From contig NC_092346.1 of the NCBI RefSeq assembly GCF_963676685.1, positions 101,246,001-101,310,000 on the forward strand: a DNA stretch of 64,000 bases. Reading direction: 5' to 3'. Below, piece after piece: positions 14,700 to 28,056 of the stretch; within the stretch, counting starts at the first letter, position 1, and each line of letters begins with the position of its first letter. Below the pieces are notes generated by a model that made no database searches, was not told the origin of the DNA, and saw only the letters and a program-made list of their open reading frames with translations. The translations under genes were made by a program, and so were the position numbers. The stretch comes from Mytilus edulis. Its lineage: Eukaryota.

Positions 14700-15075
14700 T
14701 CATCTCTTCGACTTTTTTACGGATGTCATCACAAGTTGGTTGACCGTTATGGATTATCTGTTTCATAGATGAAGACGGATTTGATTTAATAGCTACAATC
14801 CCGTACTCATTTTTGTCGAATGTGACCTACCAATTTGACGTTTCCTCGGGGTTGTATTTATATAAGCAACACGACGGGTGCAACATATGAAGCAAGATCA
14901 GCAGCATACGTACCCTTCCAGAGCACCTGAGATAACTCCCGGGTTTTGGTGTGGTACATGTTGTTCAGTCGTCAGTTTTCTTTGCTGTGCTTTATTTTTG
15001 TTGTTTGCCTTTTTGTCTTTTTGTCTTTTGCTATGGCGTTTATTTTCGACTTATTATTTCCAATGTACCTTTGGT
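14700..15075 (+). mobile_element. decayed retroelement 3' fragment (Penelope-like RT C-terminus plus tail)
   Basis: Decayed SLR.FYG.HH.LVDRYG.SVS reading, followed by a common tail (taccctt.cagagcacctgag). Confidence 0.45.
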
Positions 15076-16068
15076 AGAATTTTAATGACGTTCTCTGACA
15101 AACGTTCTTCAGAATACTTGGGATCACTGCATACAACACTGTTGCAAAACAGGAATATATTATCATGTGACGCCGCATAAATCTTTTTTAATCCAGAATC
15201 GTGGTCCATTTATCGACTTAATTGCGTGTTATAGTGTTCTTTTTATATGTCTTTGTATATTTTTAACCTTTGTTATATGACTTTTTGTAGCATCCCTCTT
15301 GGCGTAGCTCAGTTTTTAACCTTTGTTATATGACTTTTGGTAGCATCCCTCTTGGCTTAGCTCAGTTTTTATATATCCTGCCATTGTGTTATTGTACTTT
15401 TTTAAGTTTTCGTATTCTTGTCTTTCAATTTGTTCTTGTATGCTGTGTCATAAGAGTGACTGCATGCCTTTTGTTTATCTTTGCTGACATAGTTATTTGT
15501 TTTTATAAGTGATATAAATTATAACACAATATTGACTGAAATGTAACCAAGTCAGGAATATGACAGTGTTTTCCTCTCGTTTTGCTTTTGCCATTTGTTG
15601 AGAGACTTTCCGTTTCCAATATTCCATACACAGTATTTTTGTTATTTTTTTACTTTTGGTTTACAAAAAAATATATCTAAGCCTTCTACGAATTATTTGG
15701 CTTCGTTTTGCATTTGATCTATTAAGTTTCGAAATATCAGTAAGAATGAAGCTATATCACATACTTCATCACAAATATTTAAAAAAAGGCTGGTCATCCC
15801 ACATCTTCTTTTTTATATTGTGTTTTAATAATATATATAAGTTTTGTTCTGTGTTCCATTGCTAGTGAAATTGCAGATATATGAAAGTAATTTAAAAGTA
15901 CAGTAAGACCAAGCTTTAATGATTTTGAGAATTGAACATCAAGTTTGTCTCTTCTTTTTTCACACTACTGTTCGCTAAATTTCTTTTCATTCAATCATTC
16001 GTAGAAAACATAAAACGGATCGATAAAAAGCAGAATGAGCATTTGTATGGCTTAATATATTTACTCAC

Positions 16069-16152
16069 CTATTTTATGAGCTGGAGACATACGTGACATT
16101 ATTGATCTTACAATTGGCATAGTCACTGTATTCCCAAAGTTCAGCACTGCAG
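16069..16152 (-). CDS. paralog A exon 2 (AAVLNFGNTVTMPIVRSIMSRMSPAHKIG)
   Basis: 84 nt, cag|...|gtgagt, phase 1-1, homologous to exon 2 of the other paralogs. Confidence 0.9.
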
Positions 16153-16670
16153 CTGCGAATACAAAACAAATATATTTTCTCAAACTTCATACATTTATTT
16201 GTTTTATTTGTTTTATGAAATGGTGATCGTTATCTTTTTGCATACACTTTTATGTAAAGTTAAACAAAAATAATTTTAACATAAAACAAATCGACCACTT
16301 AAAGCCTCAATTATATGAGCATCCTATGAGCATCCTAGTATGTTAAGTATGGTGTGTGTAGCAATGTCTGAATAAATAGAGATTAATGATCAACTAAAAA
16401 AATGCTTTAAGGTAAATGTGAAAAAAATATAGAACAATGCGGTTCAAAAGCGAAAGAACTACTATTGAAAATAAAAGATTTAAGTTATAAAATACTGATT
16501 ACAGAAATTAGCTATCTTATTTCAGAAATGTTAGAAAATAAAATCATTTTCATGAGAATATCAAAGAATGCGCGTCATTCTTTAAGACACAAAAAATGCT
16601 CTTAAAATTTGACAAATACAGAAATAAGTGAGCCCCGATCTAGACAACAATGTAGTGTATAGAAACATAC

Positions 16671-17835
16671 CTATATAAATCATGGTATCTGTAGTTGAAA
16701 GTCCGAATACAATGGCAGAAATCACTGAAGTTGCAAAACCAGTCAGTGCAATATATTCATCGTTCACACAAAAGTGGAAAGTCTTGATCATTATCATTCC
16801 TCCGATAGATAACATTCCTATTTTTAAAGCGCCATACCAACCGATTCTGACTGAATCCCAACAGAAAGGAGAATTTAGTTCATACAGCGTTTCGACTTGA
16901 ATTCGCCCCAAATTCGCAAAACCAGACAAAATAAAAATGAATAAAAGATTTATGAACATCCACCGTTTTCCGTGAGGTGAGAAATTTGGCCTGTAGCATT
17001 CTGTTGCTCTCCCCATGTTCTCCAAAAAGGAAACCTTATCTCTCCTTTTTGACGGCGGAAGTGACTCCGGAAGTACGAAAACAGCAATCATAAGCCCTAG
17101 TAGAACAAAACCAACAGATGTTACTTCCGGGTAAAAGAATCCACCTGTCCATTTAATAAGATAGCCTGAAAATGTTGAGGAAATAAATGCTGCTATTCCA
17201 ATAATTCCTTCTAAAATACCATAAATAAGTGATCTGGGTTTCCCAGGCTCTGTAAGGTCGGCAATATAGCAATATACCATCAACATAGTGGATATCCAGT
17301 TTCCGGTACACCCTTCTATACCGTAAAATATAATAAAAAGTTCTATATTCAAACCATAGTAAATCCCTACACAACAAAGACCATTTTTAAGAACGGTCCC
17401 TATAAGAGGTGCCACGAAGAATAGTTTTCTTCCGTAAGCATCACTTAATGATCCAATATTGATTGTAAAGATGATACCAGGAATATTACTGGCAAGTGTA
17501 CAATAAATACCCCATTCGGAAGTTAGTTTCTGTATTACGATCTGCTGCTTATATTCTGTGGTATTGGTGTTTTGTTCACACGCGGATGTATTTCCTGATG
17601 ACTTGAGTGAAGAGTTTGGAAACGTTTTTTCATAATATGCCTTATAGGAATACTGATTCATCACATACAAATTCAGAAGATAGGAAACAAAATGTAGAAA
17701 GACAACAATTATTCCAAGAGACAACGTCAGCCATCTTGGAAATCCAGTTTTCTTTATTTGTTCATTGTGCTGTTGTGTACAGTTTTCGTCTTCTAAAAGT
17801 GGCCTTTTTTCAATAACGTCTTCATTACCTTTCAT
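16671..17835 (-). CDS. SLC46-family MFS transporter paralog A, large coding exon 1 (about 496 aa in total)
   Basis: ORF 16582..17865 has MFS motif A (GSLSDAYGRK), YIAD, LPESL and the LYELNSPFCWDSVRIGWY motif typical of SLC46. It ends at donor ATAG|gtatgt (phase 1). The start codon is uncertain: ATG 17835, or an upstream exon using the acceptor at 17829-30. Confidence 0.9.
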
Positions 17836-19667
17836 TACAAAAGATTGATGACATGAATTCTTCAATTTGTTCTAACAGCACTGTTTCATACTCCTTGGAT
17901 TAAAGATAAATTCGCTATTTAAAACATTTTTATTTTTGAATACATTGTTGATGTTATTTGAAAGAGTAAACCGTCAACAGTATCTAATGTGTCTTTTTTT
18001 CTTGATTTGTTTTCTTTTGGTTTGGTTTTGTTTTTTTGTTTCTTTTGATTTTTTTAAGTTTATACAATATTTATTTTTTCTGTTTTCAACTGTTTTGGAC
18101 TATAAATTACTTTGGTTTTTCTTTTTCTATGTTTATAGAATTGAAATGTGTTGAAAAAATACCGTATTGTATGAAAATAAGGAGGTGTGGTATCATTGAC
18201 AATGAGTATCCCCCATATACCAAATGACGTAGATATTAGCACCTATTGGACACTATACGGACTTCAACAATGACAGTACCCATACTGTATAACAAGCTAT
18301 AACAGACATGACAAAATGTAAAACAATACAACAATTCAAACGAAAAATTAAGCGGTTTATGAACTGTTAAACGTTTATTTGATTTAAAAAAATCGGATTT
18401 TAGTACATGAAATAATATCTTCACATAGTGTATTCCAGATCTACCATAAACTTGGTACATATTTAAATTTCAGAAACTAATATACACTTGATTTACTTGT
18501 AGTAAGTTTTATTTTAAACGAAAATTTTCCAGAGTAAAACTCATTTGAACAACTTGTATAGAAATATATCTTTGTTATATATTTACTACTTCTAAGAAAC
18601 AAATGTTGCAATCTGATTGGTTAATTAACCGTGTGTTAATTGCACACCACCAAACATAGATACTATATGTACATCAGGGTATTAAAAAAACCGAAAGAAA
18701 CAGAAAATTTTGCCAAAATATCGTCTCAAAAACCAAACTTTAAAAAAATGGAATTAAAAAAAAATGTCACATTCCCCCAAAATATAAGCTACTCGAAATA
18801 TGGAAAACTCTTAGAAAACTTGACAGTGCCAAAATTGCACTGATTACCAAATGTATATCCAATTTGCAAAACAGAGACATAAATATTTTAGATTGTATCT
18901 AACTATGGTCAAATATACATTTCTGTACAGGTGTGTCATCTCTAAAGTTTCTTAAAAGAGGGGCGAAAGATACCAGAGTGGCAGTCTTAAAATGTATTCT
19001 GTCTTGTCATAAGATTTTTAATGAAAGGATAAAGAGAAAAGCTTACTGTTGTGGTTTAATTCTGTCCCCTTGGAGATTAATCGTGGTCATGTGATTTGAT
19101 ATCATTACATATGACCTAATAACTTGTATCGTTACACAAAGCTATCTAATTTATACGTAAATGATAATTTACTTACGGAGATAGATTTGCACAATACATA
19201 TGTAGAAGAGGGACGAGAGATACCAAAGGGACAGTCAAACTCATAAATCTAAAACAAACTGACAACGCCATGGCTAAAAATGAAAAAGACAAACAAACAA
19301 CAGCACACACGACACAACATAGAAAACTAAAAAAAAAAACAACACGAACCCCATTGTTGAGCAGATACTTCTAAAAGTGCTTTAGACTGACGTCATCAAA
19401 TCCGCCGTTATTTTTTTCAAATTGCTTTGGGCTTTGGCCTTGGATTTTTTTTTTTTTTTTTTTTTGTGGTTGTTTCTCAACGTTCTTTTTTGTGATATTT
19501 TTGCTATGAATTTTTAAAAATTGCACATATGAAAGAAAGTTTAACGAAGAGGTTGAAAACAATTTCGTATTCCACCAAATGATGCAAAGCATCACTTAAC
19601 AGTTTAATTTCGGTCCATCCTTCGCTTGTGTTTTTTGTTATCATTGAGTTGTCATGTTATGCGTTTA

Positions 19668-22196
19668 TGCCCGCGTCACACTGTCCCGATTTTTACGCCG
19701 ATGGCAACACGATAATGGAAATTTTCAAAATCGGGACTGATCGTATCCAGATCGGGCTATTCGTAGTGCCATCTTTAACCATCGTATAACCATCGGCCAC
19801 TTTCCTAGCCTTCGGGGACAACTTCGGGAAGGGTTCTAAATTTTTTAACATGTTAAAAAATCCCCGAAGGTGCGTCCGATGTTGAGGGTTCGTATTGAGT
19901 TCGTATCACCATCCTCACCATCGTAATGTCACCGGGAATGCATCTTTGCACATCGTATTGCATTCGTGTTTCCATCGTTTCCATCGGGCAGTTTTGACAT
20001 TACGATGTCTACACGAATGAATCACGAAGACACCCGAAGGTCTTACGATGGCACGACTTCGTGAAGACCTCGTAATCCCGTCGTGTTGCCACCGAATAAA
20101 AGTACGAAGGCGACAAGATGGAACTACGACGGAAATAAATCCAGCTAAATGTAAGTTTATTTTCGCGCTAAAATACATTTAAAGTGCCATGCGCGATATG
20201 CACTGGTCAGTCTAATACGACAGTTAAGAAAGACGTTCACAAAACATGGAGCTCATATCATATGATTCTATGAGAACAAGAAAGGCGACAACGTTGTTTC
20301 TATTAATTCAAATGGCACAAGAAGAGCAGCTATTACAGGCTCAGGATTTACTTTTACAAGTAAAATATTATTTTTTGTCAATTTTTCATATCAAGTAACA
20401 TAATGAAAATCATAAACGCGCCTCGTACACCAACACTGCAGGTACACGTATATGGAAACCAACTTTTTCTTCATTATTCTGATTTTTTATCTATTGTCTG
20501 AGTTGTTGTCACACGAATGTTTACTCCATAACCATTTTGTTTTCTATATGTCATATTTTGCCGCATTTTTTGCTTTCCCCACATCCTTCCTTTTGTCTTA
20601 TATTATTATGATATTCTCCTGGAAAGAGCTCCTTTTTAAATAAAAGGGATCAACGAACCCATTACCTCACCTTTAAGATGGATCAGTAAACATGGGCATA
20701 AATATGGGTGATTATTCAGACTAGTGCACACATTTTACAGTTCAAACAAGGCAATGCCGAACGTGGCATCCCCTCGTATGTGACATATTGGGGACAAATA
20801 TGGACACTATATTTGTATATGACACATGCAGAAAATGGTAAATTGAATATGCATATTTGATACATAAACTATTTTTTTAGAAATCAACCAAAACATTCAG
20901 TAACTGGAAATACCTTTAATATTGTCTTTAGAACCAGCAGGTAAAAAATGAGCAACCAATTTCCTGTGTATTACGCTATTTCAAGGAGAAACAAGAATGT
21001 GTCCATAGTACACGGATGCCCCACTCGCACTATCATTTTCTATGTTCAGTGGACCGTGAAAATTGGGGTCAAACCTTTAATTTGGAATTAAAATTAGAAA
21101 AATCATATCATAGGGAACATGTGTACTAAGTTTTAAGTTGATGTAACTTTAACTTCATCAAAAACTACCTTGACCAAAAACTTTAACCTGAACTTCGCAC
21201 TATCATTTTCTATGTTCAGTGGACACCGAAATTGGGGTCAAAACTATAATTTGGCATTACAATTAGAAAGATCATATCATGGGGAACATGTATACTAAGT
21301 TTCAAGTTGATTGGACTTCAACTTCTTCAAAAACTACCTTGACCAAAAACTTTAACCTGAAGCGAACGGACGCACAGATGGACGAACGAACGAACGAACG
21401 AACGAACGAACGAACGGAGGCACATGCCATAAAACATAATGCCCCTCTACTATCGTAGGTGGGGCATAAAAACAAGTCCATCTGCATGACCTTGACCTTT
21501 GGCCTTGAACGTAAAAAATGTCAGATCATTACAAGGAGGAACAATATACCAAATGTGGTTAAAATCTTTTGAAGCATATTGGTTTTAGAGTGTCCACAAG
21601 GGTGATATTGCCTTGTATTACAACTGCCACTGTGACCTTGACCTTTGAACTTTAAAGTCAAAAGCGCTTAGGATATTCTTAACGAGTAACACCATACCAA
21701 GTTTTGAGCATTTTGGTTCTAGAGTGTCCATAACAATTTTATCTACACGCAACTTACATGTTGTAGGCGAGGGGATAATAAACTAAGTTTTATAATAATT
21801 AGACAAAAAGATCGATTTCCCGCCATGCATGGACTTTTACAGTAACGATATGTTGTCGAAATTCTGTTCGTATCTTTAAGACATCGTATGGCCATCGCAC
21901 CATCATTGTAATTCATCGTGTAGCCTTCGTAATCCATCGTGTAGCATTCGTGATCCATCGTGTAGGTTTCGGCTGAGATATGAAGCTTAAATACCCGTCT
22001 TCGGTTAACCTTCGTATGTCCATCTTTTGCTATCGTATATAATTTCGGCACCATCGTATAGACTTCGTTATTCATCGTACTTGCTTCGGTCACTTTTTGG
22101 TATTTTAACGAGATCGGGACCAACTTCGTACGAACTTACAATTTTCGCATTCGGGTGTCCATCGTATATAAAAATTGGGACAGTGTGACGCGGGCA
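19668..22196. mobile_element. TIR DNA transposon (PIF/Harbinger-like, non-autonomous) with nested insertions
   Basis: TIRs tgcccgcgtcacactgtcccgattttt and aaaaattgggacagtgtgacgcgggca, flanked by TTA and TAA; many subterminal catcgta motifs. Confidence 0.8.
20990..21471 (+). mobile_element. Helentron/HINE-like non-autonomous element
   Basis: AACAAG start, internal duplication of about 168 bp, (GAAC)n microsatellite 21383-21416, 3' hairpin atgccc...gggcat and A-run. Confidence 0.7.
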
Positions 22197-22254
22197 TAAC
22201 TGTGTTTCGTCCTGATCATACATCATATACGTTTGATTGTTGCGTTGAGTTGGT

Positions 22255-23045
22255 TATGGGTTTGATGTCTGTGTTTCTTCGCCATGTTGGTGGTTTTGGT
22301 ATATTTTTGTCCTTCCTCTTTTAATTGTTTTTGATGTCTGTGTTTCTTCGCCATGTTGGTGGTTTGGGTATATTTTTGTCCTTCCTCTTTTAATTGTTTT
22401 TGTTGTCTGTGTTTCTTCGTCATGTTGGTGGTTTGGGTAAATTTTTGTCCTTCCTCTCTTATTTTTAATTGTTTTTTATGTCTGTGTTTCTTCGTCATGT
22501 TGGTGGTTTGGGTATATTTTTGTCCTTCCTCTCTTATTTTTAATTGTTTTTGATGTCTGTGTTTCTTCGTCATGTTGGTGGTTTGGGTATATTTTTTCCT
22601 TCCTCTTTTAATTGTTTTTGATGTGTGTGTTTCTTCGTCATGTTGGTGGTTTGGGTATATTTTTGTCCTTCCTCTTTTAATTGTTTTTGATGTGTGTGTT
22701 TCTTCGCCATGTTGGTGGTTTGGGTATATTTTTGTCCTTCCTCTTTTAATTGTTTTTGATGTGTGTGTTTCTTCGCCATGTTGGTGTTTTGGGTATATTT
22801 TTGTCCTTCCTCTTTTAATTGTTTTGATGTCTGTGTTTCTTCGTCATGTTGGTGGTTTGGGTATAGTTGTGTCCTTCCTCTCTTATTTTTAATTAATTTT
22901 GATGTCTGTGTTTCTTCGCCATGTTGGTGGTTTTGGTATATTTTTGTCCTTCCTCTTTTAATTGTTTTTGATGTCTGTGTTTCTTCGCCATGTTGTTGGT
23001 GTTTTGTATATTTTTGTCCTTCCTTTTTTATTTGTTTTGATGTCA
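22255..23045. repeat. 69/75-bp tandem array (about 11 copies)
   Basis: Unit tttgatgtctgtgtttcttcgccatgttggtggtttgggtatatttttgtccttcctcttttaattgtt. Confidence 0.92.
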
Positions 23046-23173
23046 TTAAGTTGTTTAGTTCTGGATTTGTTGTATGAGTTCCATGTTGTAAGTTTGTTAT
23101 TTTTGGTCCCTTTCTTTTAAATGTATGTTTGTTGATGGAAACTAGATTGTTAAATACAGCTTTTTCATTGAGA

Positions 23174-23357
23174 ACAGCAGTGTACTGAATCACAGACAAT
23201 ATAACCAGACAACACGATGACAGCAGTGTACTGAATCACAGACAATATAACCAGACAACACGATGACAGCAGTGTACTGAATCACAGACAATATAACCAG
23301 ACAACACGATGACAGCAGTGTACTGAATCACAGACAATATAACCAGACAACACGATG
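23174..23357. repeat. 46-bp perfect tandem repeat x4
   Basis: acagcagtgtactgaatcacagacaatataaccagacaacacgatg x4. Confidence 0.95.
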
Positions 23358-24238
23358 ATCTGTATAGACACTGGTCTGACATTGTTGGTGAAATTTTCAT
23401 GTTTTTAAAAGTGAATGCATTTCAATCTGAGCAGTGAAGTCGAAAGGAACTGTATCGTATTCAGACGTATGTAAGTGCCCTCTTGACAAACTTTGCCAGC
23501 GATTCGATATATCTATAGTTGCCGTGTTTTGTAATATATAATAGGGACAAATAATATTAGGTGTCTATTAATAATAACGACACATAATCAGTAAAGCAAA
23601 CAACAAAAAATAAAATTGAACAGCGCTGTTATTGCTGTTCTTCATCTTAAAATCAAAGTAAAGCCTTCAAAACAGAGCGAACATCCTCACATAATTGAAA
23701 GTTTAATACGGTCCTTAGCACTGCTTTGTAATTCTTTGAGAAATGACAATCAAGCCGCAAATGTGGACAGAAAAACAAGATCATAGAATAATATTAATAA
23801 AAATGAATCTGGCTATGCAATCAATAATTTACCGTCTCAATTTAGCGAGATCCTTTCAGAACACCTTTTTATCATAGAATACCTTACCCTCTCAAGCCAG
23901 GGGAAATTTTCTTCAGCCTTCAAACAACACGAGAGACAAACTGCGGTTAGTTATCCCATCCGGTAATATATGTTTCGTAACATTACTTTTGAATATGTAA
24001 GTGGTAGGTTTTTATTATAGACAAAATGACATAGAAATAAGTAAAATGGACATGCTGAAAATAGGTGAACATTGTATTGTATTTAAAAACTCAATGTATG
24101 ACATTATGTACATGTATGTCTAAATTTTCTCTTTCCCACATTACACGTGTTTCTGCTTTTTTTCACTATCTGTGAATTCTACCTTTATAGTTGTTTTTTT
24201 CTAGCTTTAATTCAAGTTTTTCCCAATAACATGTATTT

Positions 24239-24332
24239 CTACTTCTTTCCACTGGCTGTAAATTCTACTTTTATAGTTGTTTCTTCCTGCTTGAATTCAA
24301 GATTTCCTCTCCGCTTTCCTTTTATCAGAATT
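24239..24332 (-). CDS. paralog B terminal exon (ILIKGKRRGNLEFKQEETTIKVEFTASGKK*)
   Basis: Acceptor ttttacttgtacag|, phase 2, TAG stop, similar to the paralog C tail. Confidence 0.8.
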
Positions 24333-25056
24333 CTGTACAAGTAAAAAATGATAACTTTGAAATTAATGTTTTTGGATATTATCAAAATGTGCCAATGAAG
24401 TTGGCTTTTCGGTTCTTAAAGAGTTTTGTAGAATTGATACTTTGTAAAAAATCAAAATTCAATTCAGTTGAACTCTTAGGAGAATAAGTATGTACATTTA
24501 CAAAGCATATTGTGGCTTCAGGGTTGAGATCTCACAAAACATGTCGAAGGCCGTACGGTGACCTATAATTGTTTATTTCTGTGTCATTTGGTCTCTTGTT
24601 GAGAGTTGTCTCATTGGCAATCATACCACATCTTCTTTTTTATATCAAAATCTAAAGATATACCCATTGCATGATGTATAAAACTTATGCTATTCACCTT
24701 TAATTCTTTAAGACTTAAAAGATATACACGTCTTGTTGTATAATTCAACTAAAGAATCAATCAGTACACCTCTAACATCCAATGGATTTATTGAAAAGAC
24801 GTCATTAACAATCTGAGAAATACACGATGTTGTGCAATGCCAAAATGAAGGTTGTTGAAGGCCGTACGTTGATAGTTGTTAAATTATGTCGTTTGGTCAC
24901 TTGTGGAGACTTGACTATTGACATCATACCAAATCTTTTGATTTTTATGTGAAAAAAATGTAGTACATTTTATGATGATGAGTTAAATAGCAATAGTAAA
25001 TGGTTGGGCTTCAAATTATTGATAGCAACATTATTTTTTTATAACATATAACTTAC

Positions 25057-25213
25057 AAACAAAGTATGATCCCTACAACACTAAAAGCTGCCCATATTAA
25101 AAATACCATGCCTCTGTAGACATCGACAGTCGCTTTATAGATACCATTCATTAGTAGTCCCCCAACAAGAGCACATAGGAGCTCTACTGCGGCAACACCG
25201 GCAAACACAGATC
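25057..25213 (-). CDS. paralog B exon 3 (GSVFAGVAAVELLC...VVGIILCL)
   Basis: 157 nt, aatag|...TT|gtaagt. This frame is not shown in the ORF track. Confidence 0.9.
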
Positions 25214-25568
25214 CTATTAGAAGAAATGGACATATATATATATATATAAATATGGTATGTTCTTAGAACACCTGTGTTGGTGAAATCATCATACCTAAAA
25301 CAAATGTGTATATCCACTAACAAACAGAAAATATATGACCAATCAAGAGACCAAATATAATAACGTGTTATAAAAAGATTTTCATTTAAAAAAGAAAGCT
25401 AAAAACAAAAGAAGTACTTCACAAGATATTCAAAACGTTTTGATATGCTTTTGTGTGTCAGTTTTCTGGCTTTCTTTATGTTGATACAAGTCGGGCAATA
25501 TTGATATTTTTTGAAATAAAGAAATATTTGTACAAACTTAAAAGTGACATTAAAATAAATCTGCTGAC

Positions 25569-25652
25569 CTTGCTTATTAGCTGGTGTCATTCGAGACATT
25601 ATGCTCCTGGACATTGGCATGGTTACAATACAACCTAGACTGGCGGCAGCAG
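25569..25652 (-). CDS. paralog B exon 2 (SAAASLGCIVTMPMSRSIMSRMTPANKQG)
   Basis: 84 nt, tttcag|...AAG|gtcagc. Confidence 0.9.
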
Positions 25653-26093
25653 CTGAAATAGAAATATTGGCATGGTTACAATACAACCTGGACTAGCGAC
25701 AGCAGCTGAAATAGAAACATTGGCATGGTAACAATACAACCTAGACTGGCGGCAGCAGCTGAAATAGAAATATTGGCATGGTTACAATACAACCTAGACT
25801 GGCGGCAGCAGCTGAAATTGAAACATTGGAATGGTTACAATACAACCTAGACTGGCGGCAGCAGCTGAAATTGAAACATTGGAATGGTTACAATACAACC
25901 TAGACTGGCGGCAGCAGCTGAAATTGAAACATTGGAATGGTTACAATACAACCTAGACTGGCGGCAGCAGCTGAAATAGAAATATTGGCATGTTTACAAT
26001 ACAACCTAGACTGGCGACAGCAGCTGAAATAGAAATTTTGGCATGGTTACAATACAACCTAGACTGGTGGCAGCAGCTGAAATTAAAACATTG
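25611..26093 (-). repeat. 53-bp array derived from the gene B intron-1 acceptor and exon-2 start (9 copies)
   Basis: agctgaaat (= atttcag|CT on the minus strand) at 25651, 25704 ... 26075. Confidence 0.95.
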
Positions 26094-26915
26094 TCAACTT
26101 GTACAACTTGACTAACACACTTAGACTCTGCTCATTGTTGAAGGCCGTACGGTGATCTATAGTTGCTCATTTCTGAATCGTTTGGTCTCTTGTGGAGAGT
26201 TGTCTCAATAGAGATCATACCACATCTTCTTTTTTATATTTACAGAAAATACCAGTTACTTGCACTAAAAACAACAATGATCAGCAATATACATAAATTG
26301 TCTTTAAACAATCTTAAATAATAAATTAATGTGCAAGTGGCATTATTACGATACAATGCTATTAACTTGCATAATTGTTTTTTGGTTATAATATGAACTT
26401 CACATAACATATATTTAATATATACATCAATAGCTAATATAATCCTTATCTGGCGACGACAGCTTCGATACACATGACTTATCTTTTATGAACAAAATAA
26501 TTTGTTGAATATATACACATTACACTAGCAGAGACACAAAGACCGTGCATATTATATTTTATTTTTCCCCTAAGCAACGCCAATTTGAGTTCTTTATTAA
26601 AAGTCGACAGAGAAAACCCATTTTTAGTTGGGTAAATTGAGAAGAAAAATCAACTGACAGCTCAACATGACAAAAAAGAAAAAAAATCAACAGACAGACA
26701 GACAGACAATAGTACACAACAAACAACATAGAAACCCAAAGACTGAGAAACACGAACCCAACAAAACCTATCAAATCAAAAATTAAGAAAATAGCGATCT
26801 GGAAAATTATATCATGATAGCAATATCATCAGGAATTCTAAAGTAATGAAATAACGATAATTATAGTCATGATTATAAAATTATTTGTGACAATAATAAT
26901 ACAGATTGTACTTAC

Positions 26916-28056
26916 ACAAGTACATCATTAAGTCCGACTGTGCCAGGCCTTCCAGAATCAATGATGCTAATGTGGTGAAACAACCAGCTAAAGCTATCAC
27001 TTCATCTGATGAACAAAAATGGAATACTTTAATTATAATCACTGCTCCTAAATTAAAGAAACATATCCGTACAGACGAGTATACTCCAATTTTCACAGAG
27101 TCCCAACAAAATGGGGTATTTAGCTCGTATAACGTTTCTACATTGTGTCTGCTTAAATTTGAAATGGCTGACATTGAAAATATAAAAATTAATATAATGA
27201 ACATCCAGCGTTTCCCTTTTGGTGAGAAGTCTGAAGAGTAACATTCGAAAACCCTCTTCATGTTATCTAAAGGTGAAACATGTTTACGTTTTCTTGACTC
27301 TGGAAGAGATTCTTGAATCATTGTTAACGCAAGAAGTAATCCAATGCTTACAACGCACGAGGCAATAACATCTGGATAGAAAAACCCGTCGGTTAATGAT
27401 ATCAGATACCCCGATATGAATGTTCCAATGAAAGCACCAATCCCGAGACCACCTTCTAACAAACCAATTAGAATCGATCTGCCTTTTCCTTCTTCTGTTG
27501 TGTCAGCAATGAAACACAAGGACATAGAAAGTGTTCCAAACCAGGATCCAGTACAAACTTCTATCATGTAAAAGAACAGAAGATATCTCACATCAATTTC
27601 ATAATAAATTCCAATTGCACAAAGCGCACTTTTAAGCATACTACCTGCTAATGGTATAATGAAAAATAGTTTTCTACCGTATACGTCACTGTACGTGGCG
27701 AGATTGATATTGGAAAACATCCCTGGAATGATATAGGAAAGACTGCAAATCATGCTCCATTCTGCTGATATTTTCTGTACGGCTACTTGTTGTTGATATC
27801 CAACAGTGCTTGTATTAGTTGTACATGTTGGTAATTTCTCGGAAGTATCGGAAGCATTTGGATATTCTTGTTTCATGAATTTATAATAAGTATACTGGTT
27901 TAAAAGAAACAGGCTCAACATGAAGGACAGTATGTGGCATAATGGAATTGCTATTACCACGGAATATGTCAGCCATCTTGGATATTTAAGCTTAACGAAT
28001 TCTATTGCGTTACTGTGAAGTAATGGTTTTTCCTCTTGGTTCTCTGTTTTGCTCAT
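26916..28056 (-). CDS. SLC46-family MFS transporter paralog B, large coding exon 1 (about 491 aa in total)
   Basis: MSKTENQEEKPLL..., ATYSDVYGRK, LYELNTPFCWDSVKIG. Upstream acceptor ttttag| at 28076-77, donor T|gtaagt. Confidence 0.9.

Noticed and set aside
19047-19090. Possible upstream coding exon of gene A (MTTINLQGDRIKPQ|gtaagc)
   Set aside because: The donor is phase 2, but the acceptors before the large exon are phase 0 or 1, so it cannot be joined in frame.
22223-23199. Lys/Gln-rich repetitive ORFs
   Set aside because: Translations of the 69/75-bp array.
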